DNA of 58,784 nucleotides, filler included, from Sphacelaria rigidula (GCA_964200075.2; 7 parts of 7 records of this genome joined end to end with filler, not necessarily neighbours in it), one strand, 5' to 3'; positions 1-13,358 are shown, counted from the first letter of the whole stretch. Numbers and translations are program-made. The notes: a model not told the origin generated them from the sequence alone.

Positions 1-368
1 ACTTTTTTTCGCGTATCCGCCCTTCCCCAGCCCTCCCACCTCGCCCACCTCCTCAACCCATTACCCCCCCCCCCCCCGCCCCCCCGCCCCCCGCCCCCCA
101 ACAGATTTGGTATTTTAGAGTTACTCTCGGTTTTTCCTTATCGGTCATCATTGCAGACCGGGTTCAGATGCGCATAAATATTCCCGGGAACGCATGAAAA
201 ACAGCACACCTCCTACGAGTACCGGTACGATTCCACCACGCACCTTCAACGCCCCGCGTCGCTGTACAATCCCCGCAAAGCGCCCGCCCCAATGAGGCCA
301 GCAAGCATGGAGTCATCGACACATATCACCCGAATATATTCTTCTTATGTCGCTCTTCTTGAGCGCCC

Positions 369-3300
369 ATGATCACGCACCCTTGCTGCCGTTCCGATGG
401 CCACTTGCCTCTCCGCCTGAATGACGTTGAGCTGAGCAGGAGTGACAGAAATTGTGATGAGGATGACCTCAGCAGTGCCCTGTCCAAGCTTTCTGTTCGG
501 GAAACCTCAAGGCAGTCGGGTGCCACAGTCCCCACCTTGTCGGCTTCCACGTCAGCCGCAAGTGCAGTGGGAAGTGAACATTCCCATGGTGGAAATTTGG
601 TGCCTACGGCGAGTGTGGGTCACAGTGCGCTCAGCAGGGGTAGCAGCAGGTGCGACGATGATGATCTCACCAATGCTATGTCCAAGCTCTCCGTTAGAGA
701 ACCTCCTGGCCACTCGGGTGTGACAGTCCCCCCATTGGCAGCGTTCACATTCAATGGGAGTGCCGTCGCTGGCGAGCATGTCCGGGTTATGGAATCTGTG
801 GGAACGGCTGAGCCTATCCCGACGAGCTACAGCGAAATCGACGAATATCTTGAGGTGTGTGCTGGTCAGTCATATACCACTTCTCTTTGATTGTATACTT
901 GATAATTATGGTAGATGAGTGAAGTTTACATGCGTGACGTTTTGCATGTACTGCATAACGTGCTTGAAGGCCGGGCAATCGGGGCAAATGCGTTCTGCTG
1001 AGTCAGGACTTGTTGGAGGAAGTAAACAAGTGTGTTCAGCAGGCACTACTCTTCACAACCGTATTGCGTATCAAGTCTCAATGAAATTCCATAAACCATG
1101 GCAGCCCCTGCCGGCGGCGGCCTATGCTCACTTTCTGCCATTTGAACAAAAGACGCCCAACGTTGAGTTTATTTGGGGAATCACAGTAGCGCAGCATGTC
1201 GTTTGAGATCCCAAAGATAATGTCTAGCCAAAGGATGTTGGAAGGCTTCCTAGAACTGACGTGTGCAGGATGTCTAGGTCGGTATGAGGCTGATCAGAAA
1301 AGTGCCCCACTTTCAAATATCAGTGATTGATATGAGGATACTCCTCCCTCGTTTTATTTTTTGGCGTCAACTACAAGCCATCAGCCACGAATTCTCCCCC
1401 TATGCAACACGCTCGTGAACGTGACAACCTAGCCCTGAACATGCACCAAATACTAGGCAATGCAAGCGCACACCCAGCTTGAGTTTGAGGCGTCGGTCAA
1501 CCAAGGCTTCATCGTGGCAGAGCGTCAGAAGGACAACGGGTGGCTGAACGTGACTTGCAAACAGGAAGACGCGAATCACCATCCTGACCGTATGTCGTTT
1601 TACGTGGATGGCCGGAAGACAAACGGCATTGGCGCCGAAGAGAGCGGGCACAATTTCAAGACCGACCCCTGGACACGGCACGCCATCCAGTTCGCAGGAT
1701 TACCTGTCCCCGCACTTGTTGTGAAGTGCCGGAATGGCCCCAGCGACTACGAAGCATATCTCACCGTCGCCGGCACCGGCACCAACGGCCGTGGTGGTGT
1801 GCCGTTGCGTGACCAAGACCTTCAAACTCGGGTGCGATCTCTGGGTTACGTTGGATCCTTTCTTCGGGAATACAGCAGTGCTGCAGACCTGCTGGCTGGC
1901 GCGCGCAGCAGCCCCTTGCTTTCTGTTGTGACTGCCCCCGGACAGCATCAAGGTGAAGGAACCTTTGTTCCAGCGGATGATGCAGCAATCGACAGTTCCC
2001 GGGTCCCGCTGAACAGCACACAGCGTCGCGCTGTGACAAGCCTCAGCGGGGGTTTGGACATCATCATCGGGCCTCCAGGTGGAGTAGCACTAAACTTCAC
2101 CTTACACCCGTGAAATTCACGTGGTGTGTGACCCCTGAATCTCCTTGAAACGACTCAGAACCATAAATGGACCTTACTACATAACAAGCGAGTAGCGGCG
2201 CCCACGTCCTTCCCCGTTCAGTCTGCTAATATCATATATGCATCCGTTTTTGTTCTTGTCGTCACAAGGTACGGGCAAGTCTACAACGATATGGCACATC
2301 ATCAACTCCCGAGTCGCTCACGGTGCCCGCACGCTCGTGACGTGCACAAGAAACCAGGCTATAGATGCCGTGACGCGCAAAGTGGAGAGCTTTGGCGTGT
2401 TGGTGAGTTGGTGAGCCAGACGGTATGTAACATGTCCAACGGCCGTAGATGACGAGTACCCTGCCCAGCGTCCTGAAGATGTAATCTGTAAGAGTAATCC
2501 GTCGGCACGCCTGAACGATGCGTGACTCTGTAGTCATTGTTTCTCTGGTCATTTCCGCAGGCTGGCTATGGCGACTGTCAGAAACAGCAGACGCTTTTCA
2601 GTATTAAAGTCATTGCTCATCTGTGACTATATGTGTGGATGATGGAGTAGATTTGCTCAAATTTATCTGATGGCTGTATTTGGTCTCATCGTACAAGTGT
2701 GCCTCTTGAACTGGGGGTCATCTCTTGTAGTGGCGCCCAAGCGCTTGTTGGGTGCCCTTGAACGATAGCACACCCACGCACACGGTTCAGCGTGCTTTAC
2801 AACAAGCCTATGTTTCGCGTGATGTGCCACCTACCTGAATTGTCCACCTCTCATTCCAGGTGTTTGGAAGCGACATGCGTTTGGGCGAGTTCACCCGCGA
2901 GTTCACGATAGAGGGAAGGATGCGCAACGATCCTGAATTAGTGTTCTGGCGCCGGCAGGTTGAGTCTTGGAGCAAGGCATACAGCAACGCGATGGCCGTT
3001 TCGTGGACGAAGCTTCACCTTGCCTCCTTTCCCGGAATTCAGAAACTCCGGGATGTGCACAACAGTGGTGGCGCGGCTTGCACCTCCTCGAGCAGGGTAG
3101 ACCAAGCAGAGACGGAAAAGAAACGAAAAAGAGCGGCGGGCTTATGGATCGTCGCTCTCACTCACGTGCTGCACGAGGTGTACATGATTCGTCTGAAAAA
3201 TGGCACTAAAGAACAGCGACTCACCTATAAGCAGGCCTGTGCTTTCCAAAAATGGCGGCCGTTACTGAAAAGTGGGTTATCCAGGGCGGCAGCCATACTC

Positions 3301-6300
3301 GCGAGACTGGAAATTCTCACCCGCTACCGCATTTATGCGCAGACAAGGGTACTCCTTTGCACCGTGGATAGTAGCGAGCGAATGGTGCGAGAGATGGAGG
3401 AGGGCATGTTTGCTGCACGCCGTGCCGTCGGATCGGCAGCGGCTCTCTCGAGATCAAAAGAGCGCCTGAAAGTGGACACAGCTATCATGGATGAAGCGGC
3501 TTGCGTGCTTGAGACCGCGGTGCCCGTTATTCTCGCCCTAGGCGTGAACAATCTCACCTTGATTGGGGATCAACACCAACTGCAACCGTTTTCGCAGGTG
3601 CGGGCCGACGGTGGCAACAGCAACCATTCGAGGTCTCTTATGGAACGCGCCATCGACGCGGGAGCCGCAAGTCACTTTCTGGAGGTTCAATACAGGATGC
3701 ACCCGGCGATTTGTGAGGTGTGAGAACATTCATCGCCTTGGTGAGGTAACATGTGAAAACTGTTTGCCTTGCGCACTTGACTTGAGCCCTATAATCCGAT
3801 GGGGGTAGACAGCATTCGTTGTTCGTTTCCATCTGCGCAATCAGGCTTATTCATGTCGGGTATATGAGTTCTTGGGCGTGGTCCCCTCATAGATGTCAAT
3901 TGCTAAGCAGCCGAACGAGCTACAGCGATGTCCCCGCCGTCTTCTGTGCATGCTCTAGTTCACAGTAGAAATCCTCGTATCCTATCGTGTCACGTTTGCC
4001 GTGCCGCGGGCAGATGATATCGTCCACGTTCTACAAGGGAAAACTCATGACTGCCGCCGAGACAGCGAGTGTACGCCAAGCTCCCGCGCCGTTAAAATGG
4101 ATCAACGTCAGCGGAGGGGAAATGAAGCACCAAGGCCGGGTAAGCAGTAAGTATACCGACGCAAAGGGAGCGGGGGTCCCTCTAAATGGTTCGATTGGGG
4201 TAGTTGTGCCCAGTTGATCGTCAGGGAGCGAAAATATGTCGGCCTAATATTGGCCTTTTGTAAGCGTACACCACTGGTATACGGTGCGCCCAACCTGCTC
4301 CTTGGGAAACGGGTCCACCACGATACTCGAGGTTTGTTCGTTTCACCTCGCTGTGTCTTTGCGTTGCACCACTCTAGAATCCGGTCATGATTGTCATCAA
4401 CCACCGGGTCGTGATAACCGAGAACGCTTGAGACATTGCCGATGTTCATGACTCGGTCGCAGTAGAGACCCAGCTTCAGTCCTAGTGTCGTAATTTTTTC
4501 CTGTCGCGCCAGGTATCATGAGGATCCTGGAAAATGGGAACGGGATCTCTTTATTGGAACGAAGTCACGTCGAAATTCAAAAACAAATACCATTATATAC
4601 TACCGGTCAAGGGAACCTTCCGAGCCCCCTGCAGGTGCAACGGCTGCCTTGATCTTCTCTATTATATATGAATGTTGAAAAACTACGGTGGCCATCCGGC
4701 CATGTGTCGAAAATTGATTACCGCTCAATTGATCCACCGAAATACAAGCACAACACTCGATCGCCCACATTCGCAGCGGCAGCAGTACAGTGTAGTGTTC
4801 GTAGTACAACAATCAAACAGCGCGTCCACGCGTACAGTCCATCTGTATCGATTGACTGGGGTGGGTGATGCATCCACCCCAGTCAATATTTACGATTAGA
4901 TTGCCCTCACGGAGCTGTTGGAGCGTAGTTCGCTCTGTATTGTTTGGGGATAAATAATGCGACGCGTTGTCCTGGGTCAACGTGCTATTGAATATGCTAT
5001 ACTATCATTTTGCGTGACCCTAAAGTCTGATTCTTCTAGTAGTTCACATCCTCTCGATTACTGTTCCTAGTTTCTTACCCATCACAGAGATATTGATTTT
5101 TTCGCCTCATAAGAGATGAGTACCAGTTGCCAAGGAACGTTGCACACCCTGCACAAGAGATTATATTGTCAAAACGTGTACTGCGTACAGTATGGAATGT
5201 CCTGTATATTGCATTAGACGCGATGGTCGATACTGTACGCAGCACACTTTTGGACAACGTCATTTATTACCATTGTTCAGGGTGTCGAAGACTGCAAGCG
5301 CATTGTAAAAGCTCCCACAAGTTCTTTGTAGTTAGTTTTGCTCCTTACTGTTTTTCATTTCGTCATTTCGAAAGCAACATTGGGGTATACCGTTGTCTGT
5401 GGTGTGCTGTACAGACGGTAGTACTGTACGGTAGAGAGAAATCATCTCTATTGATACTGAATCGGCAAGGTCATTTTGATTTTAAATGTTGACTCGCGTG
5501 GAAACAACACCCACCCCAGTCAATCCAAAGAGGCCGTAAGCGTGGACCCGCTGTTTGACCATGTTATGCTGTGCACATTGCACTATACAAGCTGGGCCAG
5601 CCTAAAAACGGATTTAGGCTCTCGCAGCAATACCTCATCGACACAGGTAAATTGGGCCGTGATTCGCTCCTCTTTTTGATCGTGTAATGAAGGGGAAGAT
5701 GCCCATGCTCGAGAATCTGGGCAATTTCTTCTCGTTGATTGAATGCAATGACAAGTAATTCCTGTGGCGTACGGAGATACAATCCACACTAAGTCTAAAC
5801 GAAACCCATAACGAGATATACAGCTGATGATGGCAATGATTAATGTGGACATTCCCTGGAGCACGGGAAACGATCGATACCCTCATATTCACCTAATTCG
5901 TCATCTATCTCGAGATATGGCGCACTTCAGATTCCATACTAAACTCAAAGAGTTACGAGCAGAGGCACTGAATGCACTAAATTTGGATTCTGCGTCTCAG
6001 TTCTCGAGAGTTGTGGTTTGAAATTCGGTATGGGGGATCGCTAGGGCGTGATGAAAGAAACTTCAGCTCCTTCATTTTTTTTTTAATCTTTTGCCATTTT
6101 TTTTTCGTTTTTTAGGAACCTTGTGGCGGGAAATGGATATTGTTGTGGCCCTCACCTTATTTCTCAGTTCAATATTTTGAATTGTGATTTGAAATTGAGT
6201 ATGAAAGATCATGAGAGCATACTGAAAGAAAGAATGGAACTTAATTTCTTCGTTTGGTGAGTTACGGGCATAGTGCCCAAGTACCAAACCTAGGCCGTTA

Positions 6301-7252
6301 AGTAACCTGAAAAGTACTGTTCCGAACTTCGACCGGCCCGGATTCTAAATCGCCCGTTCTCACATCAATTTTGATAGTTGGATTTAAAAATTTGGTATGA
6401 AGAATATGCAGGGTATACATGAAGGAAACAGGTCGGGACATGAAGATTTTGTTCACTTCATGAGTTGAGGGCAACAGTCAAGATCGAGTTTTCAGGTAAA
6501 GTGTTCTTCAACTCATGAGAAGAAGACATAACCTACCTATGTCGGCATTTGCTTGTTTTTTTTCCCCATTCATTCTGCATACCAGATTTAAAAGTCCAGT
6601 CTTAAAATTGAGGTGAAAATGGGCCTACAACGTACAGACCCGCACCTAGGCTGGACCAGCTGGTGGTGGTGCTACTGCTGCTGTGAGAGTCGACGGTCGG
6701 GTACTTGTGTTGGTATTTCACAGGAAAAATCCGGCTGTATCACTTAATCGACTGTGTACGACTATGTGCTGCATGAATCTCTGTGAGACATTTGCACGGT
6801 TTCCACCGTCTGTATGCAACAGTACCTGCGGTTTAAAAAGTGGGCTGGAATCCATATTATGATCAATTACGTGACGATTCCGTTCCTCGATGGGCCTGGT
6901 CCGTTGAATTGGGGAAATGACCCACCCACTCTCAGGCAGGGCCTACCCGCACCCCTGGCCGGTGAGACTATCAATGAATCTGCGGAAGTAGGCCTCGCGA
7001 TGTGAATAAGCGCAATTCCAACCTCTTGTGCTAACCCTCGCTATCCATGAAACGGTCTCGTAATCCGCCACACCCCAGGGCTACTCCAACTCTCGTGAGG
7101 TTCCTGAGGTGGTGAACCAAGCTCGAACAGCGATCAAAATATACGGCTCCGGCGCGGAAATCCGGGTGATAACGTTCTACAACATGCAAAAGTATGAACT
7201 GGAGCGTGAGTTCAAGAAGCACCCCGATCTCTCTCGCGTGCACATTGCTTCG
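369..7252 (+). CDS. UPF1/SEN1-like superfamily 1B helicase (DNA2/NAM7-type), multi-exon, 3'-partial, 5' end uncertain
   Basis: Predicted exons ~369-854, 1457-2078, 2269-2402, 2860-3717, 4014-4139 and 7079-7252, all GT..AG and phase-compatible. The spliced product has LNSTQRRAV (Q motif), IIGPPG/TGKSTT (Walker A, split by the 2079-2268 intron), LVTCTRNQAIDAV (Ia), AIMDEAACVLE (Walker B), LIGDQHQLQP (III), LEVQYRMHPAICE, FYKGKL, YSNSREV and IRVITFYNMQ. The exons for motifs V-VI are not in this contig. Confidence 0.88.
5588..6663. mobile_element. MITE-like element in helicase intron (Tc1/mariner-like ends)
   Basis: Left end TA|CAAGCTGGGCCAGCCTA and inverted right end TAGGCTGGACCAGCTGG (~6647-6663). 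The first ~240 bp recur at ~16235-16460 and ~57552-57750. Confidence 0.55.
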
Positions 7253-8313
7253 GTGAGAAGTCCTCCTCTAGAATACCTGACAACACGGTGACTACAAGCG
7301 GGCCTAGAGACTGGAATACGTTTTACACAGCCCCCGATTCTCGAAAGTCTCACTCTTGGCGACGAGGGAGGGGGGAAGGGGGAGGGGAGAGGGGGGAGGG
7401 GTGGGTACCCCTTGATCAGATGAAGAATGAGTAATGGCGATAGTAGGTACTGCTTTTCCCGGCTTGTGCCAGGCTTGTGTACAAGTTGTGCATGCTACGG
7501 TTGCACGGCAGGTGGTAGGATTGTGTATGCTACGTTCAGGTCCCTTTTGTTCTTCGTGGGAACAGCATCCTCTCGTAATGAGTCATACGCATGGCATAGA
7601 TGTCGATGCCATTCACGCCTCATGGTAAGTGTGGATGGCATGTACAATCGATTCATGCCGCATTTTTTACAGGGGATTAGGATGTGCCCATGATCTACCC
7701 CTTATGATCTGAAGGTAGGAAACAGGTACGGTTGATGGTGTACTGCACGACACAAGAGCTCAAATCTGTATAAATTACGAATGATGTTCGAATCGTATGT
7801 TTTTTTCGTTGAAATGATGAGCATGAGTTGAATCATGATTTTATTTGTCCTAACCGTGTAATAATCGACTCGACAGCATGCGGCACGACACATGAATCTG
7901 TCAAAAGTTCTGGAAACGTGAGTCGGGGTCGTTGTAAGACCCGCATTTGTTGGAACAGATGATTCCGGCATGAAAACAGAATACAGAACTGTGACTTGTT
8001 GACTTCTTTCTTCAGCGACACCATCTATACGAGATTCTCATTTGTCTCTTCTACCTGTGTCGCTGTGCAGCATGCTGACCTTTAGAGATTGCCCCTCGAC
8101 ACAGCTGTCCGAACGCGGGCACTGCCTACGCGGGCACCAGGTGATCATCCTCGAATCACTATAATCGGTTGATACCATCGCAGCAGCACTGTCGAAATAT
8201 TTTTATGCGTTGTGTGTGTATTGTCGTCCCATTTATTCTGGGCGCCAGTCTAGCCCTTTCGGGATATGTGGGCACAACAGCCGGGGTCACAGGAGGAAGG
8301 TCAACACAGGAGC

Positions 8314-8413
8314 NNNNNNNNNNNNNNNNNNNNNNNNNNNNNNNNNNNNNNNNNNNNTTAATTAATTAANNNNNNNNNNNNNNNNNNNNNNNNNNNNNNN
8401 NNNNNNNNNNNNN
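8314..8413. other. Artificial contig linker (N44-TTAATTAATTAA-N44); also at 16726-16825, 25138-25237, 33550-33649, 41962-42061, 50374-50473
   Basis: Identical 100-bp spacers with stops in all six frames, recurring exactly every 8412 bp. Confidence 0.98.
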
Positions 8414-8417
8414 TACG

Positions 8418-8632
8418 TCAATGCACGTACGTCACCTCGAAAAAATCGGGGGAGTCACGATCTCGGAACGTTTTTCCCCGATTTTTCGGCAAAATCGGGG
8501 AAAACCGTTCCGAGATCGTGACCCCCGATTTTTTCGGCCCCCATGTGGCCCAAATCGGTGTCCATAAAATGCGTTCCCCGATTTTTTTTCCCCCGATTTT
8601 GAAAAAATCAAGATTCGTGCTTGCCATAAAAG
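8418..8632 (+). repeat. Dispersed repeat with AAAATCGGGG/CCCCGATTTT sub-repeats, probable DNA-transposon end
   Basis: Inverted homologue at ~57190-57405 (TGCACGTA.GTC.C...AAAATCGGGGG...GCCATAAAAG). Confidence 0.6.
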
Positions 8633-9965
8633 TGGGTCTTAGGGGACATATCGTGTGTTTTTGGTGTTGGCATTCGGAAATATTTCACGGAGGTCAGACC
8701 CGCGGCGACGTAGTCAATACGTTAAATAAACATCTACGGCGACAGACAGCAGCCCAACAACCGCGCCGAATCAGCAGCCTCAAGTCTCAAACTGAAATCG
8801 GTAGCAAATCGGCGATCGTCAAATACTCTGAGGTGCTGCGGGCCAAAAATGCCGAAATTTCGGCGCCCAACGTAGCGCCGCCCCCATTTGCATCCCTGGT
8901 ATCTCCGGTATTGTACTGTAGTCCAAGGACCCTTCAACAGCGCAGTACCACGGGTCTGCGGGCTACTGTGCCAATGTAAAAATTTGAAAATATGATGGAT
9001 TGTAGAACCCCCCGGCGATCCATTGTTCACTCACAATTTCAATAACTGGGCAGCCACCTCATCGATAGCTGTGTTGTTGGGGACAACCTCAACAAGATAT
9101 TTCGATATATGACATATTTCAGGAATTCGCAAGGTTTCCTGTGTAGTCGATGTGTTTCTCTCGGTGTCACTCGTACAACGTACAGGTTGCGACAAGTCTT
9201 CATGTCCATGAACTTCACCCAGATTTATCCTGTCCGGTTGGACGATCAGTGTGACGGTACTGATGAGACATACCGTGTGGCAACCCCACCATGCAACGAC
9301 TATCACGAATCGCACTCCAAGTTACCTTTAATCATGATCCTATTCTGGTTGTGGGCACCGCTCTCCTCTTTCCTTGTGTGCTGTTCCGGAGGAGACGGTG
9401 TATATCACCCGCACGTGGTCCACTTTTTGAAGCTCGATTTTGTCAAAAAGCCAGCACCTTGAAGTCCAGAGACAGGGCAGGTCCGAAGGCTCTGGATGGG
9501 AAGCTACGAATGGAAAAATCTGCTGCGTGGCTGCCGTAGTTCTCGAGGAGGGTTCGAAACCTGAGCAGGAGAGGGTAGCTCCGTCACCCCCACTGTTCTC
9601 CTCCAATGCAACTGCGGGCAATCAGTATGCCCAGCTGCCCGACTGGAGTCTGATTTCCCGTGTAGTGTTACTTGGTTCTCTCGATCTCACCGCACGAACC
9701 GGTTCTCCTGTGGCGAGTTTCAGTTGCTTTGGTACGAGTAATTGATCTCCTCGCTCGCCAAGACATTGACCAACACACGAAATGACCGGGAAAGCCCGCG
9801 CGACATCCCGCAGAGACGTATCCCGCCAGCAATATCCGTCAGCACATGTTATACCATGTAGCAGGCTCAAGAACCTTCTCCAGTCCGACAAATGTACCTG
9901 GTTCTTCGTTGGACAGTTACGATATGTCGCTAGGTGAGCATGTTTCTTGATTCGAAGTGCAGCTA

Positions 9966-10846
9966 CAGGCTGGTTCACGGAATACCCCCCGAAAACACTC
10001 ATCGGCAAAACTTCACGCCGTTTTGGGGAGTTAGACCCTGAACTTTTGCACAGGTGTGCTATGGGTCAGTACGCAACTTTGTATGGACGAGTTTTTTTTT
10101 TTCACCTTTTGACTTTTTTCGCCGTTTTTCCGGGATCCCAGTTTTTTCGGCAAAACTTCGATCCAGTCGGACCCCCGTAGAACGGTAAAAAATTCGTCCA
10201 TACAAAGGTTGCGTAATGAACCATAGAACACCTGTGGAAAATTTCAGGGTCTAACTCCTCAAAACGGCGTGAAGATTTTCGCGTTTGTGCGATGAACCTT
10301 GCCGTGCCACGGTGAAACGGCAAACTACTCTATTTTAGTATGAAAGTGGTGTTTTGGGGCCTTTTTCGACGTGAACATGAAAGTTCAAGCACCAGTCGAT
10401 CGAGTTTGGCCACGAAACGTTTTGGGGCTCTTCCTTGGGTTTTGCGGCGGCAGAGCGTTCGCGAGAAAATACTGCAGTGCCGGTTTTCCGGGGTCCCAGA
10501 ATGGATGACTTCGAAAAATGACTTGGATCCCGTCAGACCCCCGAAAAACGGTAGAAAAAATCAAGAAGAAAAAAAATCTCGTTGATCGAAACTTGCGTAG
10601 TGATTCATAGCACATTTGTACAAATTTTCAGGGTCTCACTCCTAATAAATGCGTGGAGGTTTGCGCGTTTGTGCGAGTATGTGAGCTTAAAAGGTGCAAA
10701 CTCCTAACTACTTGGTTTGAGTATGAAAACATCTTTTATGGTGAATTTTACGTCAAGGCAGGAAAAATTGTATGAAATTTTCGAGTTCGTGAACATGACC
10801 ACATTGTGGCATGTACACTCCTTCCCGGTTTTCCCACTCCATCCTG
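9966..10846. mobile_element. ~880-bp Tc1/mariner-like MITE with internal inverted repeats
   Basis: Begins TA|CAGGCTGG and ends CCATCCTG. Colinear copy at 57755-58643 flanked by TA on both sides. Internal inverted GAGTTAGACCCTGAA/TTCAGGGTCTAACTC motifs. Confidence 0.65.
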
Positions 10847-11779
10847 TGTTAGTGTAATTACTACGTTTTAGTATAGGCTGGCGACCCAAAAAATCTCCTG
10901 GGAAAAACCCGGAAACGCCATACTGGATGCAAGTAATAAATAAGCCATGCTCCGAGAAGCCTGGCTTCAGAAACCTGGGAAGGCTCATCTGGGCCAGGGA
11001 TAGAGCCCCCACACGATCTCTGCAGTGACATCACACTCGGCAACAGTCCCCGAGCTGGTCGTTCGGGTCTGGTCGGTAAATTTCGCCTCGCCGTGATTAG
11101 GCAGGTCGCTCCCTGACTTATTTTTTACTATTTTACGAAGACATGGTCAACCTCTTGTTAGTGGGGGGGTCGGTCCCATGCAAAAGGGTTAGTAGGGCGA
11201 GTACTCGAGTCACTGCTCGTTGTAAAGAAAAGTTATGACTCGAGCGCTCGAGTCATCATGCTCGTTGTGTTTTCAAATAACATCCGCGAGTGCACTCGTT
11301 TCGACGAATAATGACTCGTCCGACGTGTGAAAAATACACGACTAAATATTGATGACAGAAATGCTGCCATACTGTTTGTTCAAAACATTCGCAAGGCACG
11401 ACACTGTCATCACACGGATGGATTCGCCTCAGCACAGGTTCCCGATCCGAAATCTCTCAGCATCCGTTTACCCCCAGCACATAGACAGTTATAACAAACA
11501 TATTGTTCAAGAGTACCGTGCGCCATACTGTTTCGGCCATGCCTACCCACATCTCCTGGTGATTTTTATCGACCGAGTAAAGGTTCAAAAATATCGTCGG
11601 TCACACCTTACATCACTTTTTCTCAAGATATATTCACTTGTCACCCGCAAATATCAGTAGCCATACAAATTGTGCAACTCCCCACCATGGTCTCTTCATA
11701 ATTCCAGAGTGTAAAAAAAAGGAATACACCCAGTGTTGTGCAGCTAATCCTGCCATCTCACACAGCAAGTCCCTACTGT

Positions 11780-12400
11780 CTCGTGTTGACGTCTAAAAAG
11801 TTGCTTACAAAAACACGATCATGTCAGAATCATCAACGGTAGTTGTCCACTACCACCGACGCTGGTCGAATAGGGAATCATGACAAAAGTATCACAAGCG
11901 CGATATCTATGTATCTACGGAGATATTCAAATGTGTCCACAAAAAAACCCCTGGCGGTTCATCTGCCTTGTCCACCAGCTCTATTCATCAGTTTGAAAAT
12001 GATTGCTTAGTCTAATTTTGACCAAATGAGTTACTATCTTCATTTCGTCCAGTATCTCAAAATGTCATGCCCTCTGGTACATTCAGCCTTTCGTTCTTTC
12101 ATGTCTTGGTCATATCACTCAACAGTATACTCATCAGAGCAGGTATTATAGTTGAAACTCTCACACGCGTTGTTAGACACGGATGACTTGAATCCAATCC
12201 AGTACTCTATTTTCCTCTTAGATTTGACGGAGTAGCCGGCTTGACACCGTCATATCTGGGAGGTGATGTGAGTACCAGGGTAGTCCGCAAGTCTCACACG
12301 TGTCCACAACCTCGACGGGACGGTATCTCCCTCAGCGTAGTTCCCGAGAATATCTTATGGATCCCTCCGCTCCGTTTCATGAAAGTTCATACCTCCGGCA
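11780..12400 (-). pseudogene. Possible degenerate MULE/Mutator transposase remnant
   Basis: Minus strand reads EYWIGFKSSVSNNACESFN (NNACESFN at 12151-12174), like the MULE TNNxxESFN motif, with a CFCKQ stretch near 11800-11815. Many stops. Confidence 0.3.
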
Positions 12401-12787
12401 TAGTTCCAGGAAGGTTCCCTCTGGAACACTGGTCTGTCCTCTCGGGTCATTGTGTATCCCGTCCCCGGAGTAATGTCATACTCCACAACTCGAGGTGACA
12501 CCTGTCCCGGTGCCCTCTCAAGGCACTTCTCATCTCGACCCTGAGGTTTTCCTCCACACAAGAACGAACTGTCTAGGCACGTCCCACGGCCAAGTCCGTG
12601 GCTCCCTGAGACTACTCCACTCCTAGGCGTAGTAGCCTCAGCAATATCTTTCTCTGCATGCTCTTTAAGCTATATTGCCATCGCAAGTTTCCCATGTCTC
12701 TGTTAGTTTCAAGTAGGTGCATTCCCAACTCTGGCGGGGGGGTGTACTCATGATTATGCTTGCCATAGTCATGATCATGAGTACACT

Positions 12788-13358
12788 CTGGCGGGGGGGG
12801 GTGGTGTACTCATGATCATGCATGCCATAGTTATAAGACCATTGACCTCGCATCCCTACAAAGCTGGACCAGGTCGCACTCAATCACCAAGCGCGAAGCG
12901 CCGTGATGTGTACGGCGAGTCGCATGAAGGATGAGCTGCATCCTGCTATGATTGTTCGGCCCGAAGCGTACTGATCATCTTGCAGTTCGATGACAGCCTA
13001 TATAATGAGTTGCTTTATTTTCTGGTATCGCCACTTCCAAAGACAGCCACGGCTTATACACTGCCTCATGGGTGTCTCACCATGTACACACTACGTAGTA
13101 CGATCATCGCCGTTGTGCCGAGTTGCGGGTCTCCCATGCCGCACAACATGATCTAGCTCGGTCACCATCACCGTTACCGCAAAAAAAATGCAAGCGCGCA
13201 TAACAAGTCGATAACCTAGTTGCCTAGCTTACGCAGTGAGTGGCGTAGTTATGGCGTCATCGCCAACCGACGCCAACCGCATCGGAGGTCCGCCTCTACA
13301 GAGCCGGGTCGGAGCGCGCCGGGTTTTCACCGGACCAGGCTTCTGGCGAGGGGGGGGG
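12788..13358 (+). mobile_element. ~570-bp non-coding element bounded by G-runs (long form of the GTACTCAT family)
   Basis: Colinear copy at 49570-50157. Starts G-run+GTACTCATGATC and ends (C)TGGCG+G-run. Confidence 0.7.

Noticed and set aside
7631-7693. VDGM as the next helicase exon (motif V)
   Set aside because: No in-phase AG acceptor, and no QGxE follows.
8314-8413. Periodic TTAATTAATTAA motif and ORFs ending XXXLIN
   Set aside because: Assembly linker, not biological sequence.
9030-9960. Coding-looking stretch with several short ORFs
   Set aside because: No recognisable motif in any frame. Probably decayed TE interior.
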